Of a stretch of 38,361 nucleotides of DNA, positions 25,098-34,407 are shown piece after piece. The DNA is from a virus (Duplodnaviria > Caudoviricetes): positions 1 to 38,361 of IMG/VR virus record IMGVR_UViG_3300045000_000066; one strand, given 5' to 3'. The notes beneath the pieces were generated by a model that saw nothing but the letters and a program-made list of their open reading frames with translations, was not told the origin of the DNA and made no database searches. Both the position numbers and the translations under genes were made by a program. Position 1 is the first letter of the stretch; each line of letters opens with the position of its first letter.

Positions 25098-26990
25098 ATG
25101 CCGTGGTATAGCGCGTTCGGGGTCGGACGTCGTCCCGCCCCAACGCCCGTTCCCAGCCAGGCCGCGCTGGAGAAGAAGATCTTCAACGCGTTGACCGCAG
25201 CCGCCGCGCCGGTCAAGGGCCCGCAGACGCAGTTTCTCCAGCGCACCCAGGAGTGGCAGGCCGAAGCGTGGATGTATTACGACTCCCTCGGCGAGCTCAA
25301 CTCCGGCGTGTGGTGGCTGGCCAACATGCTCAGCCGCGTACGGCTGCGTGCAGCGGAGGTCTCCCCGGACCTGGATGAGCCGACGATCGCCAACACCGGG
25401 CTCGCCTCAGAGATCGTCAACAGCCTGTCCGGCGGGGTGGGCGGCCAGTCCCAGACAATGCGTAACCTCACTCTCCAGCTGGCCGTTCCGGGCGACTGCT
25501 ACCTGATCGGCCAGGGTGTCGCGGGCAAGGAGGACTGGACCGTTCGCTCGGTGGACGAGGTCCGGGTCCAGAACGGTAAGTTCCAGACCGTCAGCGGCCG
25601 GATACCTTCGATTGCATGGGAGGATCTGCCCCCGGGCTCTCTTCCGGTGCGCATCTGGCGACCGCACGCCCGCTTCTACCACCTGTCAGACAGCTCGGTC
25701 CGCTCGGCCCTGCCGATCATGCGCGAACTGGAGCTGGTCAACCGGCACATCACCGCGCAGTACCTCAGCCGCCTGGCGAGTGCCGGGCTGATCGTGCTGC
25801 CCGATGAGATCACGTTTCCGGTGCGCGAGGAATTCGAGGACGCGGCCGACCCGTTCATGGCGGAGTTCATCGAGATCGCCGCAGAGGCCATCCGTACGCC
25901 GGGCACCGCCAGTGCGACGATCCCCATCCCGATCAGGGTGCCGGGCGACTACGTAGACAAGATCAAGCACATCGACTTCACGCTGAAGATCGACGACAAG
26001 ATCATCGAAAAGCGTGAGTCCGCGATCAGCCGTCTGGCCAACAAGCTCGACGTCCCCACCGAGATCATGACCGGCATGTCCAAGGTCAACCACTGGACCG
26101 CCTGGCAGCTGGACGAGAGCGCCCTGAAGACCCACATAGCACCGCTCGCGGAGGTCATCTGCGACTCCCTCACTCGTGGTTACCTCCGGCCGCGCATGCT
26201 CGCCTCCGGCGCCACCGAGGAGGAGGCGGCCAACTTCGTCATCTGGTACGACATGTCTGAGCTCGCCGTCCGCCCCGACAAGAGCGCCAACGCCTTCGAG
26301 GCGTACGACCGCCTGGAGCTGTCCGGTGCCGCGCTGCGCCGGGAAGGCGGTTTCGACGAGGACGACGCCCCCACCGACGAGGAACTGAAGGACCAGGCCC
26401 TCAAGGTCATCATCCACACTCTGCCGTCGGGCGCGATGTCCGCCCTGGCGCAGCTCATCAACGACCCCACCCTCCAGCCGATCGTGCCGGTCTCCCCGCA
26501 GGCGCCCGACGTCGCGCAGAAAACGCAGGAGGGCAACACCCCCGACACCACGCCCGTCTCTGCCCAGAGCCCAGCTCCGTCCGGTGAGGCGCCGGTGGCC
26601 AAGGAGAAGCCCTCCGCTCCGGAGAAATCCGGGCAGCCCGGTCCTCCCGTTGAAGGAGAGCCGCCCACCAAGCCCCCGGCCAAGGCGACCGTGGAGCAGA
26701 TCGCCGAACAGGTGCGGGCCACCCACGCGATCAGGTTCGGTCTCGACTCGCCCGGCAATCTGCTCCATCCGCCGGTGTGCCGCGAGCACTCGTACTCCTG
26801 CCCGTTCACGCACGCGGCTCGCGACACCCTCCCGATCAAGCTATCCACCGGCACGTACGAGTGCCACCTGGACACCTTCGGACGGCTGAACATCGGGCAG
26901 CCGGTACCCCACCTGGACGTGTCCAGCTGGCTGACCACGCCCGGCTTCACCACCGCCTGGAAGGCTGAACTGAATGGCTCCCGTGCCTGA
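25098..26990 (+). CDS. Portal protein
   Basis: Position after TerL. EWQAEAWMYYDSLGEL, VRIWRPH, SRLASAGL and NHWTAW resemble cluster-B-type portals. Confidence 0.8.
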   Translation: MPWYSAFGVGRRPAPTPVPSQAALEKKIFNALTAAAAPVKGPQTQFLQRTQEWQAEAWMYYDSLGELNSGVWWLANMLSRVRLRAAEVSPDLDEPTIANTGLASEIVNSLSGGVGGQSQTMRNLTLQLAVPGDCYLIGQGVAGKEDWTVRSVDEVRVQNGKFQTVSGRIPSIAWEDLPPGSLPVRIWRPHARFYHLSDSSVRSALPIMRELELVNRHITAQYLSRLASAGLIVLPDEITFPVREEFEDAADPFMAEFIEIAAEAIRTPGTASATIPIPIRVPGDYVDKIKHIDFTLKIDDKIIEKRESAISRLANKLDVPTEIMTGMSKVNHWTAWQLDESALKTHIAPLAEVICDSLTRGYLRPRMLASGATEEEAANFVIWYDMSELAVRPDKSANAFEAYDRLELSGAALRREGGFDEDDAPTDEELKDQALKVIIHTLPSGAMSALAQLINDPTLQPIVPVSPQAPDVAQKTQEGNTPDTTPVSAQSPAPSGEAPVAKEKPSAPEKSGQPGPPVEGEPPTKPPAKATVEQIAEQVRATHAIRFGLDSPGNLLHPPVCREHSYSCPFTHAARDTLPIKLSTGTYECHLDTFGRLNIGQPVPHLDVSSWLTTPGFTTAWKAELNGSRA

Positions 26991-29850
26991 GGCCCTGCAC
27001 CAGCGCGGCCGCCACGTGCAGCACGCGCACGGTCGCCGGTCCGATCAACTCGCCTCCGACGGCTCCCACCTGTCCGGCGGGATGATCGCGCTGATGCCGT
27101 CGGCCGCCGATGCGAAGCGTCTGGCGATCAAGGGTGGCGAGGCGGTCAAGGATCTGCACCTCACGCTGTTCTACCTCGGACCGGACGCGACGGTGTTCGA
27201 CGACCACGCCCGCGCGCACCTGATCGACTCGGTGCAGATCGCGGTCGACGGTCTGGACCCGGTGGCCGCAAACATCTTCGGAGTCGCGCACTGGAACGCC
27301 GGTGGGGACTCTCCGAGTTGGGTGTGGAACGTCGGTGACGGACCGGACACCCCGATCGGCCTCACCAAGATCCACGCGACCGTGTGCGCCATGATCGAGC
27401 CTGCCTCGGTCGACGACCCGCAGCTGCCCGACCAGCACACCCCGTGGGCCGCGCACATCTGCGCGGCCTACACGGAAGACCTCACGCTGCTCAAGGAGTT
27501 GGAGAACCGGCTTGGGCCGGTGACCTTCGACCGGGTGGCGATCACCTTCGGCAGCGACGCCACGGAGATCCCGCTCACCGCCGCGCTCACCGCCGGTGGC
27601 GGGGTGCTGCGCCGGAATCCCAAGCCCTTCGAGGAGGGCGTGGACTTCCTCGCGATCCAGCAGGTCTGGCAGTCCGGGGTGGACGACGTGCTCGGCTCGC
27701 TGGAGCCGATCACCGCGAAGTGGCAGGAGCAGATCTTCGGCCAGATCCGGGAGATCATCGACAGCGGTGACCTGGCCCGGCTGCGCACGGTATCCGTCGA
27801 CACCGGCGACGCCGCAGGGCTGCTCTTCCAGCAGATGACCGACGTTGCGGAGGAGGCAGCCCACCGCACCCAGGACGAGGCGGAGGCGCAGGGCGTCAAG
27901 GTCGGTAAGTGGACGCTCGCCGGGCGCAAGTCCAAGCTGATGCGGCGCACAGCGACCGCTATGGCCGACATCATGGGCAACTCCATGACGATCAGCGCCC
28001 GCCGGTACGCGCTGGCGTTCGCCGGGGAGGGTCGGTCCGGCGAGGACGTCGCCGGTGACGTGCTCGATCAGCTCGGTGAGCTGAAGGGCAAGGGCAACCA
28101 GGAGGCCGTGGGTGCAGCCCTGACGGCTGCACAGAACGCTGGCCGCCGGGCCGTGATGGAGGCAGCCCCGCCCGCCCGGTACTACTCCAGCGAGATCCTG
28201 GACAAGAACACCTGCGGGCCGTGCAGGAAGTTGGACGGCACGGAGTTCGCCACCCTGGAGATCGGCTATGCCGACTACCCCACCGGCGGCTACCGGCGCT
28301 GTGACGGCTTCAGCCGATGCCGTGGAATGATCGTGGCGCGTTGGGACCAGGCCACCACGGCCAGTGCTAACACCGAGAGCAGTGAAGGGAAGGCGATCGC
28401 CGTGGCCGAAGAGCTTGGCGGAAAGCCCAACGAGGGCACCAGGAAGGACAAGCGGCTGAAGCCCAACAAGGCGGCCGGAGAGACCGAGTCGACGACCACG
28501 CCCGTCCTGACCCTGGGTGAGATGGTCGAGAAGCAGCGCGCGGAGAAGCTGGCCGCAGACGACACCATGGCCGCCCCGGTCATCCCGCCGGACGCCACCA
28601 CCGCGCCCTGGCAGGGACCGCTCGCGATCGAGGGCACCGTCACCGGGGACGGCCGCGAGTTCGCAGCCGGGAAGCTCACCTGGCAGGACCCTCCGCTCCC
28701 GCTGCGCTGGAACAAGGAAGACTCCCACGGGGGCGAGCCGCACACCGTAGCGGTCAACGTCGGCCGGATCGACCGGGTCTGGCGCGACGGCAACCTCATC
28801 ATGGGCGAGGGTGTGCTCAACCTCGCGGAGCCTGACGGCCAGCGCGCCCACGACCTGATCAAGGGCGAGTTCCTGCGCGGTGTCTCGATCGACGCCGACT
28901 CGATCAGCGGCGCGGACATCGAGTACGTGATGCCGGAGGGCACCGGCGGCGGCGCGGAGGGCGAGGAGCCCGACCTGTTCGAGATGCTGTTCACGGAGCC
29001 TGAGAAGATCGTGTTCCACGGCGGCCGGATCAGGGCTGCGACCCTCTGCGACATCCCCGCGTTCGCTGAGGCGTACATCGCCCTCACCGACACCGAGGGT
29101 GCCATCGTCGCGGGCGGTAACCGCACCTCGAAGGTGCTCACCCGGGAGGTCCGGCCGGTCCGCTCGATCGACGGCCTGGTGGCCCACGGCGGGCCGGAGT
29201 GGAAGGCGCCGTCCGCCTGGTTCGTCGACCCGCAGCTCAGCGTCCCGACCGGCATCACCGTCACGGACGAGGGCCGGGTCTACGGCCACGCGGCCATGTG
29301 GGGCGCGTGCCACATCGGCCAGGACGACGTCTGTGTCCAGCCGCCGCACGAGGAGTCCCACCCGTACTTCATGACCGGCGAGGTCATCGTGGAGGGCGAC
29401 CGCCGGGCGGCCGTCGGACAGATCACCGTCGGCACCAACCACGCCGGGCTGCACCTGGGAGCCGCCCCGGCCACCGAGCACTATGAGCACACGGGTCACG
29501 CGGTGGCGGATGTCTGTGTCGGCAACGACGCGCACGGCATCTGGGTCGCCGGGGCGATCCGGCCGGGCGCTGACCCGCTGCTCGTCCACGAACTCCGGGC
29601 CTCCGGCCAGGTGTCGGGCGACTGGCGCCGGATCGGCTCCAGCCTCCGGCTCGTTGGCCTGCTCGCGGTCAACATCCCCGGCTTCCCGGTGCCCAAGCTC
29701 AAGGCTCGCGTCGCCTCCGGTCGGCAGGAGGCTCTGGTGGCCGCCGGGCGCCCGACGGTGGCCCACTCCAAGACCGAACAGGAGACGGTGCAGCAGGCGT
29801 TCCGCACCGTGATGGACATGCTCTTCAGCCGCGTGCACGAGGGGAGGTAA
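26974..29850 (+). CDS. 2H-phosphoesterase + MuF-like + capsid maturation protease fusion
   Basis: 2H pair LHLTLFYLG...WAAHICAAY. MuF-like EILDKNTCGPC...RCRG. Protease motifs TGDGR, SHGG, VGRID, GVSID and ATLCDIPAF. C-terminal GRVYGHAAMW...SGDWR domain. Confidence 0.75.
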   Translation: MAPVPEALHQRGRHVQHAHGRRSDQLASDGSHLSGGMIALMPSAADAKRLAIKGGEAVKDLHLTLFYLGPDATVFDDHARAHLIDSVQIAVDGLDPVAANIFGVAHWNAGGDSPSWVWNVGDGPDTPIGLTKIHATVCAMIEPASVDDPQLPDQHTPWAAHICAAYTEDLTLLKELENRLGPVTFDRVAITFGSDATEIPLTAALTAGGGVLRRNPKPFEEGVDFLAIQQVWQSGVDDVLGSLEPITAKWQEQIFGQIREIIDSGDLARLRTVSVDTGDAAGLLFQQMTDVAEEAAHRTQDEAEAQGVKVGKWTLAGRKSKLMRRTATAMADIMGNSMTISARRYALAFAGEGRSGEDVAGDVLDQLGELKGKGNQEAVGAALTAAQNAGRRAVMEAAPPARYYSSEILDKNTCGPCRKLDGTEFATLEIGYADYPTGGYRRCDGFSRCRGMIVARWDQATTASANTESSEGKAIAVAEELGGKPNEGTRKDKRLKPNKAAGETESTTTPVLTLGEMVEKQRAEKLAADDTMAAPVIPPDATTAPWQGPLAIEGTVTGDGREFAAGKLTWQDPPLPLRWNKEDSHGGEPHTVAVNVGRIDRVWRDGNLIMGEGVLNLAEPDGQRAHDLIKGEFLRGVSIDADSISGADIEYVMPEGTGGGAEGEEPDLFEMLFTEPEKIVFHGGRIRAATLCDIPAFAEAYIALTDTEGAIVAGGNRTSKVLTREVRPVRSIDGLVAHGGPEWKAPSAWFVDPQLSVPTGITVTDEGRVYGHAAMWGACHIGQDDVCVQPPHEESHPYFMTGEVIVEGDRRAAVGQITVGTNHAGLHLGAAPATEHYEHTGHAVADVCVGNDAHGIWVAGAIRPGADPLLVHELRASGQVSGDWRRIGSSLRLVGLLAVNIPGFPVPKLKARVASGRQEALVAAGRPTVAHSKTEQETVQQAFRTVMDMLFSRVHEGR

Positions 29851-29854
29851 GACC

Positions 29855-29920
29855 ATGAAGTGTGGATGTGGCGGCCAGCCCGCTCCCCCGACACCCCTGC
29901 CGAAGCCTGACCACACCTGA
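29855..29920 (+). CDS. 21-aa CxC micro-peptide
   Basis: GGGGAGG RBS. MKCGCGGQPAPPTPLPKPDHT, ending just before a terminator. Confidence 0.5.
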   Translation: MKCGCGGQPAPPTPLPKPDHT

Positions 29921-29926
29921 TCCACG

Positions 29927-29957
29927 GGCAGACCCGCCGACCGGCGGGTCTGCCTTT
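29927..29957 (+). terminator. Intrinsic terminator
   Basis: GGCAGACCCGCC/GGCGGGTCTGCC stem followed by TTT. Confidence 0.75.
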
Positions 29958-30026
29958 GTGTCAGTTGACCTTGGTTCCGGGGGTGTTCGGGGTCCGTGGC
30001 TTTTGATTCGTCGGCTCGGCTAAGTA

Positions 30027-30079
30027 ATTGATCTTTGGTACCTGGGAAAACTGCTGCTACCTTGGCCCCGACCAAGAGC
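30027..30079 (+). promoter_or_regulatory. Putative late promoter motif (capsid)
   Basis: ATTGATC-N3-GGTACC and TACCTTGGCCCCGACCAAGAGC (18/22 identical to the portal upstream motif). Confidence 0.5.
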
Positions 30080-30113
30080 GTTTACTCTCCGCTTCTATTG
30101 CCGGAGGCCCCCA

Positions 30114-31916
30114 GTGGCTGAGCCGTTTGAGCCGTCCGAACTCTTCCCCGCTCCGGATGACCTCACCACGGTCTCCGACATCGAGCTCCAGAACCTGGAG
30201 ACCGAGGGCATCACAGAGTTCGACCGCGTGCACTCGATCACCGACTACACCCCGGAGCAGGTGGCCTACGCCATGACGCTCCGTGAAGACCTGGACCGCA
30301 TCAAGGCGGAACTGAGTGCCCGTAAGGTCCGTCACGACGCGACCGCCGCCGCAGCCAAGGCACGCAACGAGCGCCAGATGGCCGAACTCCAGGAGGCCGT
30401 GCATGGACCGGCGGAGGGCACTCCGGAGGCCGTGGTCGCTGAGACGCAGATGACCGCGCAGCGCGAGGACGCCATCGCAGCCGCAGCCGCTCGCGGCGCC
30501 ACCGCCGCGCTCGTCCAGGTGCTCGGAGAGCGCCGGGGCAGCAACGTCGCCGAAGCTGGCGCCCGTGCAGTGGCCAGCCTGAGTGCGACCGCAGTCGTCG
30601 CCCCGAAGGCCAAGGCTCCGGCCCAGAAGCTCGCGATCACCGCTTCCGCCAACGGCCGGGACATCACCGGTCTGGAAGACCTCGCCGCGACCTTCATCGA
30701 CAAGGCCACCAACATCCCCTCCACCTCGCTTGGTCGGGAAGCTCCGCGCCACAAGGTCGCGAGCATCCGCAACGACTTCTCCCACACGGTGGACGACCGC
30801 ACCAACCCGATGCAGGTGCAGGAGATCTGGCAGACGCTGATCAGCGGCCAGAACTCCAGCAACGCCGCCTCTCTCGTCGCCGGTGGTGGATGGTGCGCCC
30901 CGAACGAGATCATGTACGGCTTCTTCAACATCGCCGGTGCGCCCAAGACCGTCGACCTCCCGACCATGGGCGTGACGCGCGGCGGTATCCAGTGGCCGAC
31001 CAGCCCCGCGATCGGTGACGTGTTCTTCCAGGCGGGTGGCAGCAACCCGGCCTCCGGCTTCGGTGGCTTCGCGTTCCCCCTCACCAACGCGTCCGACCCG
31101 TGGCTGTGGACCGAGACCGATGACATCCTCACCGTCACCGGCTCCGTCAACAAGCCCACCCTGCGCGTCCCGTGCTCGGCCTTCACCTCGCAGCGGCTTG
31201 AGGCGTACGGCCTCACCCTCACTGCGGGCAACCTGACCGACTCGGCCTACCCGGAGCAGACGCAGAACTTCCTGCAACTGCTGCGCTCGGCCTACGCCCA
31301 CGCGATCAACGCGCGGCTGCTCAGCCTCATGGTCGCCGCCTCCACCGCCGGTTCGGCCACCATCGGCACCGCGAAGAACGCGGCTGTGCCCGGCATCCCC
31401 AACGCGGCGGCCCTCGCGGCCACCGACTACCGGGCCCGGTTCGCGATGGACGAGGATGCGGTCCTCGAAGTGATCTACCCGTACTGGGTGCTGGAGGCCA
31501 TGCGCTCCGACCTCGGCTACCGTCCGGGGATCGATGACCCGACCTTCCTCCAGCTGGCGGACGCTCAGATCATCGGCCTGTTCACCTCGCGCAACGTCCG
31601 GCCGCAGTTCGTCAGCGACTGGCAGGTGCGCGGCGCGAGCCAGTTCGGTCTTCCCGTCGCCTCCGGCCTCGTCGCCTGGCCCGCCACGGTGCAGTTCATG
31701 CTCTACGCGGCCGGGACGTTCGTCCACGGCCAGGGCATGAGCCTGGACCTCGGTGTCGTCCGTGACTCGGTCCTCAACGCGGAGAATGACTTCACCGCCG
31801 CGTGGGCTGAGGAGACGCACCTCATCGCCAAGGTCGGCCACGAGTCCCGTCTCTACACGACCACCTTCAACGTCGGTGGCGACCTGGCGGTTGGCTCCAC
31901 CGGTCTCAAGGTCTGA
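30114..31916 (+). CDS. Major capsid protein (hexamer type) with N-terminal scaffold-like region
   Basis: Coiled-coil N-terminus, then LVAGGGWCAPNE, DLP...RGGI, GNLTDSAYPE and LDLGVVRDSVLNAEND. Confidence 0.85.
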   Translation: MAEPFEPSELFPAPDDLTTVSDIELQNLETEGITEFDRVHSITDYTPEQVAYAMTLREDLDRIKAELSARKVRHDATAAAAKARNERQMAELQEAVHGPAEGTPEAVVAETQMTAQREDAIAAAAARGATAALVQVLGERRGSNVAEAGARAVASLSATAVVAPKAKAPAQKLAITASANGRDITGLEDLAATFIDKATNIPSTSLGREAPRHKVASIRNDFSHTVDDRTNPMQVQEIWQTLISGQNSSNAASLVAGGGWCAPNEIMYGFFNIAGAPKTVDLPTMGVTRGGIQWPTSPAIGDVFFQAGGSNPASGFGGFAFPLTNASDPWLWTETDDILTVTGSVNKPTLRVPCSAFTSQRLEAYGLTLTAGNLTDSAYPEQTQNFLQLLRSAYAHAINARLLSLMVAASTAGSATIGTAKNAAVPGIPNAAALAATDYRARFAMDEDAVLEVIYPYWVLEAMRSDLGYRPGIDDPTFLQLADAQIIGLFTSRNVRPQFVSDWQVRGASQFGLPVASGLVAWPATVQFMLYAAGTFVHGQGMSLDLGVVRDSVLNAENDFTAAWAEETHLIAKVGHESRLYTTTFNVGGDLAVGSTGLKV

Positions 31917-31952
31917 TCCGCCCCGCAGCAGCTACTGGAAAGGTGGTGAACC

Positions 31953-32861
31953 ATGGCTGGACCCCGGCTCGTTGTCGACGGCCCCAGCTTCACCCCACTC
32001 CCGTACGGTCTGTGGGACGCGATCCAGAAGCCTCCGGCTCCGGGCACCCACTGGCAGAACGGGATCACATGGTCGGAGCGTTGCGGTGGCGGTGACACGC
32101 TGTACGAGGAGTGCATCGCGGTCACCGGCACCGGCGGTGCCCCGACTGCTCAGGCCGCGCTGACCAGCAACGTCGTCCAGACCAACCGGGGAGCAACCCC
32201 GTTCACCGTGTACGCGGAGTTCGACTGCTCCCCGGTAGGCCTGACCGACGCTGAGACCATCGCTGCCTCGGCCCTCGCCAGGGTCGAACAGTGGCAGGTC
32301 GAACGTGCCTTCTGGACCGGCCTCGCCGGTAAGACGGTGGGCGGCACAGCGCAGACCACGGTCTTCCCGCACCTGGCCGCGAACGCCGTGCTGCTGGACT
32401 CCGACGGGATCACCCTCCAGACGGCCGCCAGCACGGCGGCCACCGGCGCCACCATGGACGTCGCTGACGGCCTGGGACGGCTGGAGGGTGCCCTGGCCGA
32501 CTGCTACCACGGCCAGGGCGTCATCCACATGCCCCCCAAGGCTCTCGCCACCTTCAAGGCGTGGGACCTGGTGGAGGAGGACGGCAGCGGCGCCCTGTTC
32601 ACCACGGCGGGCAACCGGGTCGTGGTCGGGACCGGGTACGCGGGCACCGGGCCGGACGGCTCGGCGGCCACCGCCGGGACCTCCTGGCTCTACGCCACCG
32701 GCGCCGTGTTCGGGTACCAGGGCCCGGTGTTCATGCCGACCGTGCCGGAGTCCTTCAACCGCGTGGAGAACACCATGCGGCTGATGGCCCAACGTACGTA
32801 CGTGATCGGTTTCGAGTGCTGTCACTTCGCCACCCAGGTCAGCCTGGGTGTGCCCCTGTAA
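31953..32861 (+). CDS. Second capsid protein (pentamer type, as in Rosebush-like phages)
   Basis: Directly after the MCP. YGL...HWQNG...PFTVYA...VERAFWTG...GVIH...GNRVVVGTGY...WLYATG pattern. Confidence 0.6.
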   Translation: MAGPRLVVDGPSFTPLPYGLWDAIQKPPAPGTHWQNGITWSERCGGGDTLYEECIAVTGTGGAPTAQAALTSNVVQTNRGATPFTVYAEFDCSPVGLTDAETIAASALARVEQWQVERAFWTGLAGKTVGGTAQTTVFPHLAANAVLLDSDGITLQTAASTAATGATMDVADGLGRLEGALADCYHGQGVIHMPPKALATFKAWDLVEEDGSGALFTTAGNRVVVGTGYAGTGPDGSAATAGTSWLYATGAVFGYQGPVFMPTVPESFNRVENTMRLMAQRTYVIGFECCHFATQVSLGVPL

Positions 32862-32873
32862 GGAGTTGAATCC

Positions 32874-33578
32874 ATGGCCACTACGTCGAACTGCGCGACT
32901 CCGATCAAGGGCAACATGTACCGCATGGTGAAGCTGGACGCCTGCGGTAACCCTGTGACCGGTACCTCGTCCATCCAGATCATCAGCAAGGGCTTTGTCC
33001 AGGTCCAGATGGACCCCCAGTACGAGGACGGCCAGGAGTTCTTCGAGCGCACGGCTGACGGCACCCCCTGCGTCAACCAGAAGGACGACCCGGTTCTCAA
33101 GCGGATGCAGCTGACGATCGACTTCTGCGAGGTCAACGTCACCGGCGCCTCGTGGATGATGTCGGCCCGCGAGCTCGCGGTCACCAACACCGGCTTCGGC
33201 TTCGCGGTCGCAGAGGGCATCGCCACCAACCGGTACTCCCTGGAGATCTGGCAGCAGGTCGCCGGTTCCGGCGCCTGTGACGCCTCCGGTCTCCAGCGGT
33301 ACATCTACCACGCCTTCCCGAACTGCGGTTCCACCAAGGTCAACGGCTACACCATCGAGAACGGCCGCTCGATGCTCCAGCTCGTCTCGGAGACACGCGC
33401 GGCCTCGTCCACGGCTACGGTCGGCTGGCTGGACGGCCCCGGCTCGGGTGTCTCCTGGCTCCCGACCGGGACGATCAACCAGGCCGGTGGCGGCACCGGT
33501 GTCCTGGACCACTGGCTGTGGAACCTCACCACCAACGCCCCGCCGACCGCTGCCTGCAACCCGGTGACCCTGACGTGA
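32874..33578 (+). CDS. Major tail (tube) protein
   Basis: RMVKLDACGNPV...SKGFV...YEDGQE...ADGTPC, as in cluster-B-like tail proteins. AAGGAG RBS. Confidence 0.7.
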   Translation: MATTSNCATPIKGNMYRMVKLDACGNPVTGTSSIQIISKGFVQVQMDPQYEDGQEFFERTADGTPCVNQKDDPVLKRMQLTIDFCEVNVTGASWMMSARELAVTNTGFGFAVAEGIATNRYSLEIWQQVAGSGACDASGLQRYIYHAFPNCGSTKVNGYTIENGRSMLQLVSETRAASSTATVGWLDGPGSGVSWLPTGTINQAGGGTGVLDHWLWNLTTNAPPTAACNPVTLT

Positions 33579-33883
33579 TCCCTGACCTCGGCAGGATTGC
33601 GCAGAAGTGGGCCTGCCCGAACTGTGACGCCTACGCGGTCACGTTCGGGCAGACCAACCGCTTCCACACCTGCCGGGGCCTGGCCGGGATCACCTCACCC
33701 ATGGTCCCGGCTGGGTTCCGGGGCGAGGTCACCGCGCACGAGCGCGAGGACTACATCGGCAAAGAGGATGTCCAGCTCGATGGCAACGGACGTCCGGTCA
33801 TGAACGTCACCACGACCCGGGATGATGGGTCCAACGACGTCGTGGTCTTCGCCCCGACGGCCTACGTACGAACTGAGGTGTGA
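33575..33883 (+). CDS. Hypothetical protein (CPNC...HTC)
   Basis: GTGA overlap with the tail gene stop. 102 aa. Confidence 0.65.
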   Translation: MIPDLGRIAQKWACPNCDAYAVTFGQTNRFHTCRGLAGITSPMVPAGFRGEVTAHEREDYIGKEDVQLDGNGRPVMNVTTTRDDGSNDVVVFAPTAYVRTEV

Positions 33884-33886
33884 CCG

Positions 33887-34378
33887 ATGGCCTGGACCGC
33901 CAGCGCGATCTTCCGTGAGTGGCCCTCCCAGGTCATGCAGGTGTCCGGCACCGGCTACACCGGGCTGGACAGCGACGTCGTCAAGGGCGCCCTCTTCGGC
34001 ACCACCGCGTCCATGACCCCGGACAAGGATGCTGCGATCACCGTCGCCGGGTACAATGCGGCCGCCTCGCAGTGGGTCGTGGCCAACGAGAAGACCGGCG
34101 CCTCCGAGTGGGTGGCGGGCGGCCGGGCCCTGGCCTCCAAGACCTTCACCACCCCGGCGACCGGCGTGTTCATGTTCGACGCGGCCGACCTCACCGGCGT
34201 GGCCACGGTCACCATCACCGCTGCGGCCGGGATGCTGATCTACGACGACACGATCTCCGGCGGAACGATCACCAAGCAGGGCGTCTGCTACAACTACTTC
34301 GGCGGAGACCAGTCGGTGACCGCCGGTACGTTCTCCGTGGTGTTCAACGCCAACGGGATCTTCCGCTTCACCGTCTGA
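33887..34378 (+). CDS. Putative virion structural protein
   Basis: GAGGTG RBS. Beta-rich 163 aa ending VTAGTFSVVFNANGIF, within the structural cluster. Confidence 0.65.
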   Translation: MAWTASAIFREWPSQVMQVSGTGYTGLDSDVVKGALFGTTASMTPDKDAAITVAGYNAAASQWVVANEKTGASEWVAGGRALASKTFTTPATGVFMFDAADLTGVATVTITAAAGMLIYDDTISGGTITKQGVCYNYFGGDQSVTAGTFSVVFNANGIFRFTV

Positions 34379-34407
34379 TCTACCCCGGCTGAGGGCGGTG
34401 CCGCGCG

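Noticed and set aside
26947-30075. 1042-aa minus-strand ORF, and similar long antisense or alternate-frame ORFs (8807-10606, 11555-13303, 30057-31841, 31932-33512, 3602-5050)
   Set aside because: These are shadows of high-GC3 genes on the opposite strand, with no motifs, and they overlap well-supported CDSs.
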